Made by a program: the position numbers and the translations under genes. Below the pieces are notes generated by a model that saw only the letters and a program-made list of their open reading frames with translations, was not told the origin of the DNA and did not search any database. A stretch of 64,000 nucleotides of DNA from Anaeramoeba ignava BMAN. Its lineage: Eukaryota > Protista > Anaeramoebae. The DNA lies in the NCBI GenBank assembly GCA_028826165.1, contig JAPDFW010000075.1, positions 310,001 through 374,000 on the forward strand, given 5' to 3'. The stretch's first letter is position 1, and each line of letters begins with the position of its first letter. Below, one piece after another: positions 63,281-64,000 of the stretch.

Positions 63281-63930
63281 TTAATTTCCTAAATCAAAAA
63301 TTAAAAGTAATTGTAAAATTCGAGAATTATGAAAAACAAGATCAAATATTTGATCAAGAGTTAAATCAAAATTTGTTTTTGTTTTTGAATATTGTTGACG
63401 AATTTCTTGAATTATTTTTTGAACCAAAGTTTTTGTTTCAGTTTGAGAAGAAGAAATTAAAGAAATCCAAACAGATAAAATTTTAGAAAAATCTTGACTT
63501 TTAATTAAATCAACAGATCCAAATAATTCTTGAAATAAAACTAAAATGATTTTGAAATTAAAATTTTAAAAAATAAAAATTGAATTGAATAATTTTTGTT
63601 TTAATCAATTAACTAACCTTTTATTTTTTCAAAAGGATGTCCTGATGAAATTATTATTAAGGATGTAAATAAATCAATAATTTGTATTTCGTTATTTGAA
63701 TCATGTTCAATAATTTCAATTAATTTTCTAATTATTCCTCTGTGTGAAAGAGTTAATCCAGAAAGAAATGAAACAATATCTTCAAATGATAAATTTGGTT
63801 TTTCATGATCTTCTTTCCATTCATCATATTTTGCTTTTAGTTGTATAGGTGTAAATATACTTAATCTTCGAAGTTCAACAACTTGTTTATGATTATAACT
63901 TAATAAATTTTCTTTTTTTTGTTCATTTCC
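63281..63930 (-). CDS. 3' exons of a gene with a degenerate NCS/calcineurin-B-like EF-hand region (5' end outside window)
   Basis: VVELRRLSIFTPIQLKAKYDEW...LSFEDI...IIRKLIEIIEHDSNNEIQIIDLFTSLIIISSGHPFEKIK|VLFQ. Intron about 63617-63541; TAA at 63283-63281. Confidence 0.55.
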
Positions 63931-64000
63931 CTTTTTAAATTTTTAAATAAATTTTAAAATAAATATTTAAAATAAATTTTTAAATCAATATTTAAATCAA

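Noticed and set aside
1-64000. Inteins, tRNA, rRNA or snRNA genes
   Set aside because: I saw no Hint-domain motifs or structured-RNA signatures by eye. A covariance-model search would be needed to exclude small RNAs.

Overview
A gene-dense, extremely AT-rich eukaryotic (protist) genomic window that uses the standard genetic code and GT-AG spliceosomal introns. The gene content (many BTB, TLDc and ankyrin genes, a bacterial-type SBBP surface protein) suggests a free-living amoeboid protist such as Anaeramoeba, but that is inference only. About 23 genes can be modelled: a PDCD7/U11-59K-like minor-spliceosome protein, BTB-TLDc, an N-terminally short Rbx-type RING-H2 protein, Rpn5, four ankyrin-BTB-BTB paralogues with 6/12/14/26 repeats, a degenerate Ras-BTB-BTB-CaaX protein, an SBBP/Cys-rich surface protein, TSR3 with a very long acidic/basic tail, a stand-alone ELMO-type PH module, AP-1/2 beta adaptin, eS30, a CAP-Gly-LisH-RasGEF, a membrane-tethered bZIP, a TLDc protein, glomulin/ALF4, a VPS9 GEF and several coiled-coil proteins. 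Introns and 3' flanks are packed with locus-specific AT satellites. Most short ORFs in the supplied track (IK/LI/NF repeats) are artefacts of these repeats. The main find, largely missed by the ORF track, is a 1.1-kb TTAA-flanked Kolobok-type DNA transposon (5753-6848) inside a satellite. Its relic gene has a spliced N-terminal GATA-type zinc finger (C-x2-C-x17-C-x2-C) and the C-terminal transposase motif. The second highlight is the ankyrin-BTB array, which varies in repeat number and has a hypervariable dipeptide in each 34-aa repeat. Scattered single-base frameshifts suggest long-read assembly errors.
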